From the NCBI GenBank assembly GCA_035623825.1, contig DASPSR010000065.1, forward strand, positions 17,224 to 81,223: a stretch of 64,000 bases of DNA. The letters run 5' to 3'. Each line of letters opens with the position of its first letter. Position 1 is the stretch's first letter. Both the position numbers and the translations under genes were made by a program. The notes beneath the pieces are model-generated. The model was not told the DNA's origin, did no database searches, and saw only the letters and a program-made list of their open reading frames with translations. Source of the stretch: Nitrospirota bacterium (lineage in GTDB: Bacteria; Nitrospirota; UBA9217). Positions 48,433 to 58,825 of the stretch are shown piece after piece.

Positions 48433-51066
48433 TTAAATCAAGCTCTTTGAAACGATCTCGTGAACATCTTTAGACAGTCCAGGGGTCTTCAGGATCCGAT
48501 CGAGCTGTTCTTTCATCAAAGCCTTTCGGTTTTCATCATACCGCTTCCAGAGGGTGAAGGCCGAGACCAGGCGAGCGGCTATCTGGGGATTCAGGGGATC
48601 GATGATCACGACATGGTCCGCCAGAAACTCGTACCCTGCACCGCTTGGATCATGGAACCGGGCGGGGTTTCCCTGGGCAAATGCACCGATGAGGGCGCGG
48701 ACCTTGTTCGGGTTCCTGATGGTAAAGGCAGGATTGCGCGTAAGTGCCTTGACTGTCTCAAGCGTGTTCGGCAAACGCGACATGGCCTGAATCGAAAGCC
48801 ACTTGTCCATGATCAGAGGATCGTTTTTCCATGTATCATAGAACGAGTCAAGCGCTTCCTGACGCTCCGGACAATCGTTGTTCGCAAGGTTCGCGAGGGC
48901 GGCCATTACGTCTGTCATGTTCCCGGCGGTTTTGAACTGCTTCACGCAGAGACTGCGGATATCTTCATCATCAAGCTCCATGAGATAGGTGAGGCAGGTG
49001 TTCTTCAGGCTCCTGCGGCCGACCGATTCCTGGTCTATCCGATAGGGCCCGATGTCCAGATTCTCCCGATACGCGGCAAGGAAGCTTTCTTTCAGCTCTA
49101 TGGCCAAGGTCTTCTGGACGAACCTGCGCGCCTCATGGACGGCCGTGGGGTCTATCACTGCCATGAAATCGGCAAGGTAGGTCTCGGCGGGAAGCATGAG
49201 GGCGAACGCCTGGAACGCCTTGTCTTTCATGTCGCTCCCGAGCGTCTTTTGGAAGGCGTTGGTGAACTTGCTGTCAAGCTTGAGCGCTTCACCCTGCTGA
49301 CGGTCCCTTATCAGGTTCATGATGCGCTTAACAGCGAGCTGCTGACCAGCGTCCCATCGGTTGAACTCATCGCTGTCATAGGCCATGAGGAACAGTCGTT
49401 CATCGTCCGAGAGATCGAGATCTACCTTCACCGGCGCTGAGAAACTGCGCAGCATGGACGGCACAGGCTCGCGGGGAATATCGGCAAAGACGAAGGTTTC
49501 CTCCGCGCTTCTGATCTGGAGCACGCGCGTGCCGACCGTCGCGTTTACCTCTCCTTCCAGGCGAAGAGGGAGATCCTCCCCGTCGTCATCCAACAATCCG
49601 AACGCAACGGGGATGTGGAACGGCCTCTTCTCCTGCTGGCCCGGTGTGGGCGGGCAGGTCTGTTTGATCGTAAGGGTATATGTCTTTGCCGCGGAATCAT
49701 AGGCGCGGATGACGTGAAGTTCCGGCGTGCCAGCCTGGGAGTACCAGAGCCTGAACTGGGAGAGGTCAACGCCGTTCGCGTCTTCCATGGCTTTCACGAA
49801 ATCATCGGTCGTGACTGCCTGGCCGTCATGCCGCGAGAAGTAGAGGTCCGTGCCCTTTCGAAATCCCGTCGAACCGAGGAGCGATCTTATCATGCGGATC
49901 ACCTCAGCGCCCTTGTTGTATACGGTCACGGTGTAGAAGTTGTTGATCTCCACATAGGACTCCGGCCTCACCGGATGAGCTACGGGGCTTGCGTCTTCCC
50001 GGAACTGATAGGTTCGCAGGACATTGACGTCGTTGATCCGCTTCACGCCGCGCGAGGTCATGTCCTCCATGAACTGCTGATCCCGGAATACGGTGAATCC
50101 CTCCTTGAGGGAAAGCTGGAACCAGTCCCTGCAGGTCACGCGATCTCCCGACCAGTTGTGGAAGTACTCGTGGCCGACCACGCCCATGACGCCCTGGAAG
50201 TCGCTGTCCGTCGCCGTTTCAGGCCTCGCGAGCACATACTTGGAGTTGAAGATGTTCAGCCCCTTGTTCTCCATGGCGCCCATGTTGAAATCGTCCACAG
50301 CAACGATCATGAAAATGTCGAGATCATACTCCCTGCCATAGACATCCTCATCCCACTTCATTGCCTGTTTGAGGGACAGCATGGCGTGCCCGCACTTGTC
50401 TCGGTTGTGTTGCTGGACGTAGATTCCCAGGTCCACCGGCTTTCCGGACATCGTCGTGAACTTATCGCCGACTCGTGCGAGGTCACCCGCCACGAGGGCG
50501 AAAAGGTAGGATGGCTTGGGGAAGGGGTCATGCCATTTGGCGAAGTGCCTTCCATCCTTCAGAACGCCCGAATCGATCATGTTGCCGTTCGACAGGAGCA
50601 CGGGGAATTTCTTATTGTCCGCAACGATTGTGGTGAAGAACCGGGCCATTACATCGGGCCGGTCGAGGTAATACGTGATCTTCCGGAACCCTTCTGCTTC
50701 GCACTGAGTGCAGAACATGCCGCTTGACATGTAGAGGCCGGAAAGCTCGCTGTTGTCCCGGGGATTTATCTCGGTTTCGACCTCGAGCGTGAACCGTTCA
50801 GGAACAGGCAAGATCGTCAGCGATCCTTCATCAAGCTTGTAATCGTGTTCGTCCAGAGGCTGCCCGTCAAGCCGGACAGCCTTGAGCACGGGGCCTCTGC
50901 CGTGCAGCACGAGCGGATGGATCCCATAGCACCGGTCGTGATTGCAGATGACGGTGAGCAGCGACCTGACGCGCGTCCGCACCTCGTCAAGCTCGAACTG
51001 GAGGTTCACCGTTTCGATCTTGTAGTCAGGCGGGCTATAGTCCTTGAGAAAGATTGTTTTGTGCAT
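48433..51066 (-). CDS. pepN: Aminopeptidase N
   Basis: CTQCEAEGFR, GAMENKGLN, HEYFHNW...LKEG, TVYNKGAEV, NPNKVRAL. Confidence 0.96.
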   Translation of the reverse strand: MHKTIFLKDYSPPDYKIETVNLQFELDEVRTRVRSLLTVICNHDRCYGIHPLVLHGRGPVLKAVRLDGQPLDEHDYKLDEGSLTILPVPERFTLEVETEINPRDNSELSGLYMSSGMFCTQCEAEGFRKITYYLDRPDVMARFFTTIVADNKKFPVLLSNGNMIDSGVLKDGRHFAKWHDPFPKPSYLFALVAGDLARVGDKFTTMSGKPVDLGIYVQQHNRDKCGHAMLSLKQAMKWDEDVYGREYDLDIFMIVAVDDFNMGAMENKGLNIFNSKYVLARPETATDSDFQGVMGVVGHEYFHNWSGDRVTCRDWFQLSLKEGFTVFRDQQFMEDMTSRGVKRINDVNVLRTYQFREDASPVAHPVRPESYVEINNFYTVTVYNKGAEVIRMIRSLLGSTGFRKGTDLYFSRHDGQAVTTDDFVKAMEDANGVDLSQFRLWYSQAGTPELHVIRAYDSAAKTYTLTIKQTCPPTPGQQEKRPFHIPVAFGLLDDDGEDLPLRLEGEVNATVGTRVLQIRSAEETFVFADIPREPVPSMLRSFSAPVKVDLDLSDDERLFLMAYDSDEFNRWDAGQQLAVKRIMNLIRDRQQGEALKLDSKFTNAFQKTLGSDMKDKAFQAFALMLPAETYLADFMAVIDPTAVHEARRFVQKTLAIELKESFLAAYRENLDIGPYRIDQESVGRRSLKNTCLTYLMELDDEDIRSLCVKQFKTAGNMTDVMAALANLANNDCPERQEALDSFYDTWKNDPLIMDKWLSIQAMSRLPNTLETVKALTRNPAFTIRNPNKVRALIGAFAQGNPARFHDPSGAGYEFLADHVVIIDPLNPQIAARLVSAFTLWKRYDENRKALMKEQLDRILKTPGLSKDVHEIVSKSLI

Positions 51067-51134
51067 TGCTGTCGGTTCTGGTACGGGATTCACCGTCAAG
51101 CCTGCCCTTCTCCCTGTTCTTGCATCCTCTGACC

Positions 51135-51932
51135 TTATCCGATCTGAAAGCATCTCATTGAGATCGAGCCGTACTGGAACCCTTCATGGACAAACGTAAG
51201 GGGCTCGTTTTCCCCCTGCAAGGCAACGGCATAGATCATGGGGAGATAATGGTCCAGAGTAGGCACTGCCAGGGTTGATGTCTGCCCCATGTTCGGGTAA
51301 TGGATCAGGTCCCTGTGGTTCCCGTTCAGCAGGTTGGCCCTGACCTTCTCGTCGAACTCTGCGGCCCAATCGAACGGTTCGGCGTCGATGTTCTCGAAAT
51401 CGAGCATCCCGAGATTGTGCACGATGTTGCCGCTTCCGATGATCAGGACCCCCCGCACCCTCAGTTCCGAAAGCTCCGATGCAAGATCGTAGTGATACTG
51501 GACCGGCTTCGGATGCCACTCATTGAACGAATAATCGAGGCTCATCTCGAACACGGGGATATTCGCCCGCGGATACATGTGCTTCAGGACAGCCCAAGAC
51601 GCATGGTCCAAGCCCCAGTTCATATCACATTTCACGGCCGTCTTCCGCACGGTCTTTATTGCAATTGACGCCTCCTCTGGCCCGCCGGGACTCGGGTACG
51701 TCATTTCATAGAGCTCCTTGGGGAATCCGTAGAAGTCGTAAATGGTCCTGGGTCTTTCCATGCAGGTGACGAAAGTCCCGCTGGTGAGCCAATGGGCTGA
51801 TATGACCATGATCCCCGTCGGTTGGGGCAGGCTCTTCCCCAGTGCCGAGAGGCTCCGGGTAAAGCTGTTGTCCAGCATGATATTCTCCGGTGATCCATGC
51901 CCGATGAAGAGTACCGGCATCTTCTCATTCAT
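51135..51932 (-). CDS. ygiD: 4,5-DOPA dioxygenase extradiol (LigB family)
   Basis: LFIGHGSP, ISAHW, IYDFYGFP, GLDH, GSGNIVHNL, DHYLP. Confidence 0.9.
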   Translation of the reverse strand: MNEKMPVLFIGHGSPENIMLDNSFTRSLSALGKSLPQPTGIMVISAHWLTSGTFVTCMERPRTIYDFYGFPKELYEMTYPSPGGPEEASIAIKTVRKTAVKCDMNWGLDHASWAVLKHMYPRANIPVFEMSLDYSFNEWHPKPVQYHYDLASELSELRVRGVLIIGSGNIVHNLGMLDFENIDAEPFDWAAEFDEKVRANLLNGNHRDLIHYPNMGQTSTLAVPTLDHYLPMIYAVALQGENEPLTFVHEGFQYGSISMRCFQIG

Positions 51933-52114
51933 AACTGTTCAACGCCTCCGCCGCCGACATCCTTGCAAGTTCTCATCTCGCTCCGCAGGGCCATGACTGC
52001 CGATATAGACTCTTCGGCGTCCTGATGCCTAAGTGTCTGAGTATATTGCTCCATCACTGCATCCATATCGTGCACTCGTTCAGGCAGCGTCCTCTTGATT
52101 ATGGCAGCGCTCAT
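51929..52114 (-). CDS. Small hypothetical protein
   Basis: 61-aa ORF fills the gap exactly (3 nt after the upstream stop, ATGA overlap with ygiD); no recognised motif. Confidence 0.4.
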   Translation of the reverse strand: MSAAIIKRTLPERVHDMDAVMEQYTQTLRHQDAEESISAVMALRSEMRTCKDVGGGGVEQL

Positions 52115-52117
52115 TGG

Positions 52118-53065
52118 CTACGTGACCTTGAGCACGATCTTACCCCTCACCTTCCCGCTCTCACTGTGTGCAAGGGCTTCTTTGGCCTGAGCGAGCGGAT
52201 AGGCCTTGTCGATGACGACCCTGATCCTGCCTGCAGCGACATGATCTGCCATCCACTGCAGATCAGCTTCATTGGCCTTGACCATGATGGTGAGGGCCCT
52301 GCTGCCGGTGAAAAATCCGGTTACATACTGGCTCAGCATGATTGCTGCGGAAGGCAGTGTGCTGATGTATACGCCGTTCGGGGCAAGGGCCTTCTTGCAA
52401 GCTCCAAAGGCACTTTTCGCCACCGCATCGAAGATGATGTCAAATCGCTCGCTCCCGCTTGTAAAATCTTGTGTGGAATAGTCAATCACCCTGTCGGCGC
52501 CGAGGCCCGTTACGAATTCAGCATTGGCTCCGCTGCAGACTCCCGTGACTTCGACACCGAATATCTTGGCGATCTGGACGGCAAAATGCCCTACACCGCC
52601 TGAGGCGCCGTTGATCAGAACCCTCTTGCCTGACGCGATCCGCCCCCTGTCCCTGAGGGCCTGGAGCGCGGTCAGCCCCGCGATCGGGATGCATGCCGAC
52701 TCTTCGAAGCTGATACTCTTCGACTTCGGGAATATCGCTCTCTCGCTCACGCAGCCATATTCCGCGAAGGCACCGAGCCTCCTGACGCTCGGCCACCCGA
52801 TCACGGCGTCTCCCCGTTTGAATTTTTTTACCTGTTTGCCCGTCTCTGCGATCTCGCCCGCGCATTCGTTCCCGAGTATCTTCGGGAACGCGCTTCCCGT
52901 TATGATCTTGAGGTGACCGGAGCGGACCTTCCAGTCGACGGGATTGACGCCAGCGCCGTGCACCTTGATCAGCACGTCCTCGGGTCCGCAAATGGGCGTC
53001 AGCACGTCCTTGACCTCGACCACTTCGTTGCCTCCGTACTTGCTGAAGACGACCGCCTTCATCAT
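52118..53065 (-). CDS. NAD(P)-dependent MDR-family (quinone reductase-like) oxidoreductase
   Basis: VNPVDWK, GAFAEY, TALQAL, NGASGGVG, LGADRVIDY, GKIVL. Confidence 0.9.
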   Translation of the reverse strand: MMKAVVFSKYGGNEVVEVKDVLTPICGPEDVLIKVHGAGVNPVDWKVRSGHLKIITGSAFPKILGNECAGEIAETGKQVKKFKRGDAVIGWPSVRRLGAFAEYGCVSERAIFPKSKSISFEESACIPIAGLTALQALRDRGRIASGKRVLINGASGGVGHFAVQIAKIFGVEVTGVCSGANAEFVTGLGADRVIDYSTQDFTSGSERFDIIFDAVAKSAFGACKKALAPNGVYISTLPSAAIMLSQYVTGFFTGSRALTIMVKANEADLQWMADHVAAGRIRVVIDKAYPLAQAKEALAHSESGKVRGKIVLKVT

Positions 53066-53223
53066 TGCTCTCCCCGGGCAGCGTGTCTGCGTTTGCATTA
53101 AGGGCTGCGGATGCTCTAATGTTCGAGCTATTTCGATTATATAGACCTTTCATTCTTTAGTCAACACAGCCTCAGGGAATGCATTGCATTCATGGTGTTC
53201 CTGTGATACCCTCTGAATCAGGC

Positions 53224-54174
53224 ATGCGTGAAAAAATTAAAATCGGCATCAGCTCCTGCCTTCTCGGCGAAAAGGTGCGTTACGACGGTGGACACAAGCT
53301 TGACCCCTTCCTGAAGGACACTTTCGGCAGGTACGTGGAATGGATGCCGGTCTGCCCCGAGGTGGAAAGCGGACTTTCTGTGCCGCGCGAGGCCATGCAC
53401 CTCATAGGCGATCCCGGATCTCCGCGGCTCGTGACCATCGATTCAAGGATTGACCACACAAACAGCTTGCTCCGCTGGTTGAAGAGGGCTATGTCTGACC
53501 CGGATCGGGCAGGACTCTGCGGTCACGTGTTCAAGGCCAGATCACCCAGCTGCGGCTTGAGCGGCGTAATGATGTACTCGCCCCTCGGCACGCTCCTCGG
53601 CACCGGACCGGGAATCTACGCGAAAATGTTCGTCGAACGCTTCCCCGCCCTTCCCGTGGCGGAAGAGGGGAGCCTGTACAATCCGGCTATTCGCGAAAAT
53701 TTCATCGAGCGGGTTTTCGTATTCAAGCGGTGGCTGGAATATCTGCACGGTGACGGCTCATCGGGCGGCTTGGCCTCGTTCCACGCCTCGAACAAAATGT
53801 TCATTCTCGCGCACAGTCCAATGCATTACACTATACTCGGAAAGATGGTGGCCGACACAAGGCGATGCAAGCGTGACGCGCTTCAATCGAAATACATCCG
53901 TACGCTGATGGAAGGGCTTGGGCTCGTTGCTACGGTGAAGAAGAACACCAACGTGCTTCAGCACATAGCCGGTTATTTCAAGGACCTGCTCTCACCTGGC
54001 GAGAGGCAGGAATTGCGGAAGATCATCGGGGACTACCATGACGGACGTGTGCCGCTTGCCGTTCCCCTCACCCTCATCCGCCACTATGTCTGGAAGTATG
54101 ACGTGGATTATCTCAAGAATCAGTGCTACGTGAACCTGAACCCAGTCGAGCTCATGCTCAGGAACCATGCCTAA
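53224..54174 (+). CDS. DUF523 (2-thiouracil desulfurase-like) plus DUF1722 (YbgA) protein
   Basis: SSCLLGEKVRYDG, VCPEV, RSPSCG, NVLQHIAGYF, ELMLRNH. Confidence 0.92.
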   Translation: MREKIKIGISSCLLGEKVRYDGGHKLDPFLKDTFGRYVEWMPVCPEVESGLSVPREAMHLIGDPGSPRLVTIDSRIDHTNSLLRWLKRAMSDPDRAGLCGHVFKARSPSCGLSGVMMYSPLGTLLGTGPGIYAKMFVERFPALPVAEEGSLYNPAIRENFIERVFVFKRWLEYLHGDGSSGGLASFHASNKMFILAHSPMHYTILGKMVADTRRCKRDALQSKYIRTLMEGLGLVATVKKNTNVLQHIAGYFKDLLSPGERQELRKIIGDYHDGRVPLAVPLTLIRHYVWKYDVDYLKNQCYVNLNPVELMLRNHA

Positions 54175-54298
54175 AAACTTCGCTGCACCGCATTATCCGG
54201 ACGAAGTGATCGTTGGGCGGGACAAAACTTCAGTGTGAAACAGCCGTATTCGCGGCGAAAGAACTGAGATGGGCTTTCCTGTAACACCATCATGACAT

Positions 54299-55012
54299 TC
54301 ATGCGAACGCTATCCCGAGTGCCTCTGCAAAGCCCTGTTTGAACGCCTGCTTCACTTCTTCAAAGGTGACATCTCTTCGGAGCTCCTGAACGATGCACGT
54401 GACGGCTTCCGCCGCACCGCCGCCCGGGATGACCACGCCTTCGAGGTCCGGATCGTATTTCATGAGGATCGAACCGTGCTGGAGAAATGCCCCTGTGACT
54501 CTGCGCTGCGCGCTGCCGACGATCTTTTTGCCGTTCACGATGATCTCATACCACGCCGGGGAAGAAAAACAGGAAGGGTTTCTCATGTCCTTCTTAACCA
54601 GCGCCGCAAAACGGCTCGAACGGGAGACCGTCTCGGCATGGATGCCGAGATTCTTGAAGCCGGCGAGAAGGCCTGCGGCGATGACCTTGTAGGTACCGTG
54701 GACGTCATGAGGGAAAAGCGGGTCGTCCGTACGCGAGATGATGCTATAGGTAAGTTCGCAGTCGTGGAGAACGGCGCGGCCGCCGGTGATCCGCCGCACT
54801 ATGTCGATTCCCCGTTCCTTGCAGACCTCTTTATTTACCGCGACCTCGGTCTTCTGAAACCTGCCGAGCGATACCGCAGGCGGACGCCACCCGTAAAACC
54901 GAAGCACGGGCATTGCTTCTCCCGCCTGCGCTCGCGCAAGCAATTCCTCGTCAATGGCCATGTTGTACACGCCGATATTGGGGCCGTCATCAATATAACG
55001 CCATGTGGTCAT
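54299..55012 (-). CDS. Lipoate-protein ligase A / LipM-like octanoyltransferase
   Basis: NMAIDEELL, LRFYGW, VRRITGGRAVLH, CF, GKKIVGSAQRR, LQHGS. Confidence 0.9.
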   Translation of the reverse strand: MTTWRYIDDGPNIGVYNMAIDEELLARAQAGEAMPVLRFYGWRPPAVSLGRFQKTEVAVNKEVCKERGIDIVRRITGGRAVLHDCELTYSIISRTDDPLFPHDVHGTYKVIAAGLLAGFKNLGIHAETVSRSSRFAALVKKDMRNPSCFSSPAWYEIIVNGKKIVGSAQRRVTGAFLQHGSILMKYDPDLEGVVIPGGGAAEAVTCIVQELRRDVTFEEVKQAFKQGFAEALGIAFA

Positions 55013-55186
55013 GATGCGTTATGATACCTGATTCAAGATGTCGGATACAAGATTTAATACAACAAGGCTTAAGAATCCCTTACGTGCTCCGCCTTCATTC
55101 GAGGTGCGGTCCGTACTGCAGGAATTCAGGGCGTTTACGTGTTTTCGCCTTTCTTCAGGCATACGTGCGTCCTGTGGTTTTTCTTC

Positions 55187-56098
55187 TTAATATAACGACG
55201 GCTCGTTGTCCGGACGGGTCTTGAAACGGCGGTAAGACCACAGGTACTGTTCGGGCATCTCGCGGACCCACTTCTCTATCTCCTGGTTCATTCGCCTGGC
55301 ATCGGCTACGGGATCATCGCTGGGGAAGTTTTCAAGAGGAGGGTAAAAACGGGCTTCATAGCCGCGCCCAGCCGGCAGGATGCGCATGATGCAGGGGACG
55401 ACTGTTGCATCCGTGCTCTTTGCGATGCGACTAAGCGCAGTGACGGTCGCGGCGGGGATGCCGAAGAAGGGCACGAACACGCTCGCGCGCTCGCCCAGGT
55501 CCTGGTCCGGAAGATAATAGAACGGCACTCCCTGACGGATGACGCGGATGAGCGTTTTCAGGCTGCTCGCCCGTTCGACCACCGTGTCCCCGAACCGTGA
55601 ACGGCGCTGAAAGAGGTACTCGAGAAAGTCGTTTCTGGACCGCCGGTACATGCTTACATAGTTCCCGTCCACTCCGAGGCGCATGGCCCCGATGTCCAAC
55701 CCGAGAAAATGCGGGACAAGGAGGATCGCATTCCCCCCTCTCGACCGGACATCATCCAAGAAGCGCATGTCGCGCAGCTTGATGAATCGTCTGATCCTCC
55801 ACTTCGGCGCCCACCACGCGACCCCGAGGCTAAGCGCGGCAAACCCGCTTAGGCGAAAATGCCTCTTCATGAGCTTCCGCCGCTCCTGTGGCCCCATCTC
55901 CGGGAAGCACAGTTCGATATTCCTTTCGGCGACACGGCGAGCCGGAGACCGGAACCAGGAAAAAAATGAGCCCAGGGCGAAGCCCAGAATCCAGAGGATA
56001 CGGCTCGGCAGCCAGCTCGCGATTCGTACGAGTGCCAGGGCCGGCCATGCATACCAGTACCGTGGATGAAGAAATGTCCGGAGGGAAACGTTGGCCAT
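55187..56098 (-). CDS. lpxL: Lipid A biosynthesis lauroyl/myristoyl acyltransferase
   Basis: HxxxxD (HFLGLD), YLPDQD, VPFFG, PEQYLWSYRRFKTRP. Confidence 0.85.
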   Translation of the reverse strand: MANVSLRTFLHPRYWYAWPALALVRIASWLPSRILWILGFALGSFFSWFRSPARRVAERNIELCFPEMGPQERRKLMKRHFRLSGFAALSLGVAWWAPKWRIRRFIKLRDMRFLDDVRSRGGNAILLVPHFLGLDIGAMRLGVDGNYVSMYRRSRNDFLEYLFQRRSRFGDTVVERASSLKTLIRVIRQGVPFYYLPDQDLGERASVFVPFFGIPAATVTALSRIAKSTDATVVPCIMRILPAGRGYEARFYPPLENFPSDDPVADARRMNQEIEKWVREMPEQYLWSYRRFKTRPDNEPSLY

Positions 56099-56224
56099 AA
56101 CGGCAAACCAAAAACTCGATTTTCTGAGTAGTTGAACGGCTACAATTCAAAAGGCGCGAACATTGAATTCTGAAAATGATCCATGAGTTCATGCTTCTTG
56201 GTGAGATCTAATTTCGTGTTGCAC

Positions 56225-56264
56225 AAAAAAGCCTGAGAATCGTGCGGGATGCCGACTCTCAGGC
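56225..56264 (-). terminator. Putative intrinsic terminator after the FmdB-like gene
   Basis: Minus strand GCCTGAGAGTCG...CGATTCTCAGGC followed by a T run. Confidence 0.65.
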
Positions 56265-56307
56265 CATTCGATGTCCAGATCCGCACACGGCGGACGGGCT
56301 AGGCACC

Positions 56308-56508
56308 TCAGCCGCCGCCCCAGGAATAACCCCCGGACCCACAGCTTGCATGTTCTCCCGACCCAGATGAAGAGAACCGGGACACCATTTTTTTGGCCTT
56401 CTTCTCAGCGCAGTACGGGCAGGCAGTATCTTCCGCCTTGGCGGTCATGGACTGCAGCAAAACGAAGTCCTTGCCGCATGCCTCGCAGATATATTCGTAA
56501 AACGGCAT
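56308..56508 (-). CDS. FmdB-family zinc-ribbon protein
   Basis: MPFYEYICEACG...CPYC; GGAG RBS. Confidence 0.9.
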   Translation of the reverse strand: MPFYEYICEACGKDFVLLQSMTAKAEDTACPYCAEKKAKKMVSRFSSSGSGEHASCGSGGYSWGGG

Positions 56509-56624
56509 TGGATAAGCTCCTTTCTGACAATAAATTAATTATGGTATAGTGCTAATGCTTGAACCGCTCCCCTTCACCGAAAGCGTTAAGTATAATACAG
56601 AGGAGCCAGAAACCTGTCAAGCCA

Positions 56625-56775
56625 AAAATAATGGAGCGGGATCAGATGTGCGCCTTCGATCGCCTGCGCCGCATACTCCGCCGGTGTGCGCATATCAAGG
56701 AGAAAGAATTCTTCTCCCGATGTCATCCTTTCGATCAGTTCCTCCGGTCCGATATTCTTGTAACCCCGCAAGGGG
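56625..56775 (-). pseudogene. Rhodanese-domain N-terminal fragment
   Basis: YKNIGPEELIERM...FLLDMRTPAEY...IEGAHLIPL, then homology ends before the active-site Cys loop. Confidence 0.65.
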
Positions 56776-57040
56776 TAATCCCGCCGGGTTTGGGGAGGGT
56801 CAGGGGGACGACTGTGTCCACTGTCCACGGTTCCACATTGATAAAGATGGATGCCAAAAACTTAACGTCTTGGTTATCAAGGAGTTACCAATGGTCCAGG
56901 ACCATAGAGGTTGGAACCTGCGGGAAAATTCGTCGAATGAAAAAGCGGCAACGGCGATAAATACGACATTTCCTCCAGAATTACCTGCATTTCGCGTTCG
57001 AAAATTTTATCCAATTCGCTCCGGGATAGCGACAGTCTTG

Positions 57041-57070
57041 TTGACATCAATTGCAGCCCTGTGATATGGT
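57041..57070 (+). promoter_or_regulatory. Putative sigma70 promoter for the TPR gene
   Basis: TTGACA-18 bp-TATGGT with TGn extension. Confidence 0.45.
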
Positions 57071-57101
57071 AAGAAAAAGGATATCACTTAAGGAGAACAC
57101 G

Positions 57102-57653
57102 ATGCGGAAAGCGTTTATCATGATACTGCTCGTAACGGCCATTATCACGGCAATACAGATAGTGAGTTACGCGGCGGACGAACTCTTTGACACCAAAACC
57201 GCAGCAGAACATCTGGAGAAGGGCATCGCACACCTCAAGGCCAAACAGTATGATGCAGCCATTGACGAATTGGAGCAGTCAGCCTCCATCTATCCCGAAG
57301 CCGAATCGTTCTACTATCTTGGATATGCATACTACATGAAGGGAAGGAAAGGCGACGGAGGGAGCATGAAGAAAGCCATGGAGAATTTCGCGCAGGCCTA
57401 CGAGATAGACCCGAACTTCACTCCTACTAAATACAAGCCTGAGGAACCCTTACCGCCAGGAACAGAACCAAAAAACATCGAGACCCGTCAGCCCCCGACA
57501 TCCGATGCATCTCCGAAGCAGACACCCGATTCACCACAGCCCAGCCAACCGGGTGCACCGACGGGGCAACAGCCGATGCCGGAACAAGGAGCTCCAGCGC
57601 AACCGGCGCCGCAACTAAAGGCAACCGACACGGTCAGGAATATTGGCAAATAG
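57102..57653 (+). CDS. Secreted TPR protein with Pro/Gln-rich tail
   Basis: Signal peptide, two TPRs (AESFYYLGYAYY; AYEIDP); TAAGGAG RBS. Confidence 0.85.
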   Translation: MRKAFIMILLVTAIITAIQIVSYAADELFDTKTAAEHLEKGIAHLKAKQYDAAIDELEQSASIYPEAESFYYLGYAYYMKGRKGDGGSMKKAMENFAQAYEIDPNFTPTKYKPEEPLPPGTEPKNIETRQPPTSDASPKQTPDSPQPSQPGAPTGQQPMPEQGAPAQPAPQLKATDTVRNIGK

Positions 57654-57727
57654 GCGGCAACTAATCAATGGCAGCCGGGCTAGGCAACCCGGGGAGAAAA
57701 TGTTTCTGCTTTGCAGACCCGGAAAGT

Positions 57728-57763
57728 AAAAAAGCCCCGGCTGCTTAAAAGCAGCCGGGGCTC
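57728..57763 (-). terminator. Intrinsic terminator of the cold-shock gene
   Basis: Minus strand AGCCCCGGCTGCTT-TT-AAGCAGCCGGGGCT followed by a T run. Confidence 0.85.
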
Positions 57764-57798
57764 GGATGAGTTATATTAGTGAGGTATTTCTCAATATC

Positions 57799-57999
57799 TT
57801 ATAATTTTACAACGTTGGTCGCCTGCGGACCTTTAGGTCCACTGGTAACTTCGAATTCAACTTCCTGATTCACTTTCAGGGACTTGAATCCTTCGTCTTG
57901 AATGGCCGAAAAATGCACGAACACATCTTCGCCATTATCCTGGGCAATGAAGCCATATCCTTTGGCATCATTGAACCATTTCACTTTACCCTTAGCCAA
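57799..57999 (-). CDS. Cold-shock protein (CspA family)
   Basis: [33 protein letters not shown]; TTG start after AAGGAGG. Confidence 0.96.
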   Translation of the reverse strand: MAKGKVKWFNDAKGYGFIAQDNGEDVFVHFSAIQDEGFKSLKVNQEVEFEVTSGPKGPQATNVVKL

Positions 58000-58288
58000 A
58001 CAGCTCCCCTCCTTTGCTGCAAAATCCCAAGGCATGAGCTGCCTTGAGGCGTCATACGGCACCGCAGTACACGCTGCAGAACCGATGAAACGTATAAACA
58101 CTACCAAAAACCACTTTTTCTGTCAAGACCCTTATAGCAGAAGACCGGCAGTTACCGTTAAAACATTTCGTGCGCGTTGTGTCCTCTCGCGACCATTACG
58201 TTGATCCAGTCGAGCATGCGGGGCGACCCGCGTGCATATTCATTTTGATATGATCACGCTGTACGCGGACGAGCACCCCACCGGGAAC

Positions 58289-58726
58289 TCATACCACCAT
58301 TATTGTCACATCCTGAATCGATGATCCCACGACGAACACTTTGATATTGTTGCTGTCGCTGTCGACCGGGACCATGAAAAAACCCTTGGCCTTATTGCCC
58401 TCTTTTGCAAGTGAAAAGCCCTTTTCCCAGGGGATTTCGCCGTCAATGTAGCCGACGAGTGTTTCATTATCCTTAAACTTCACGAACACCTTGCGGCCCG
58501 GGTTTTTCCTGATGCCGAAGGCCTTTTTCTCAACATACTCGCCCCGACCCGTGAATGACTTTACAAAAAAGAGAGCTTTAAGCTCGTCGATCGAGATATT
58601 GCGCTCACTATGCGTTTCCAGGTCCTCTACCGTCACGGTCTCGGAGCCGACCACGAAATCTTTGACATAGCCTTTCAGGATTTGACCGTTGCTGTATCTC
58701 GCAACCACTTTTTCAGTGTCTCCCAT
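58289..58726 (-). CDS. Conserved hypothetical protein with two related beta modules (DUF6982-like)
   Basis: KVVARYSNGQILKG...LKALFFVK...VKFKDNETLVG...GFFMVP.D..SNN.KVFV; GGGGAGG RBS. Confidence 0.7.
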   Translation of the reverse strand: MGDTEKVVARYSNGQILKGYVKDFVVGSETVTVEDLETHSERNISIDELKALFFVKSFTGRGEYVEKKAFGIRKNPGRKVFVKFKDNETLVGYIDGEIPWEKGFSLAKEGNKAKGFFMVPVDSDSNNIKVFVVGSSIQDVTIMVV

Positions 58727-58825
58727 GACAGCCTCCCCGCCGCATCGTGCAGCATGAATAGCCTCTAACGGACAGATTATCATAAGATATTTTCATTTGC
58801 AACTCCGTCAATGATATCTGGGTAC

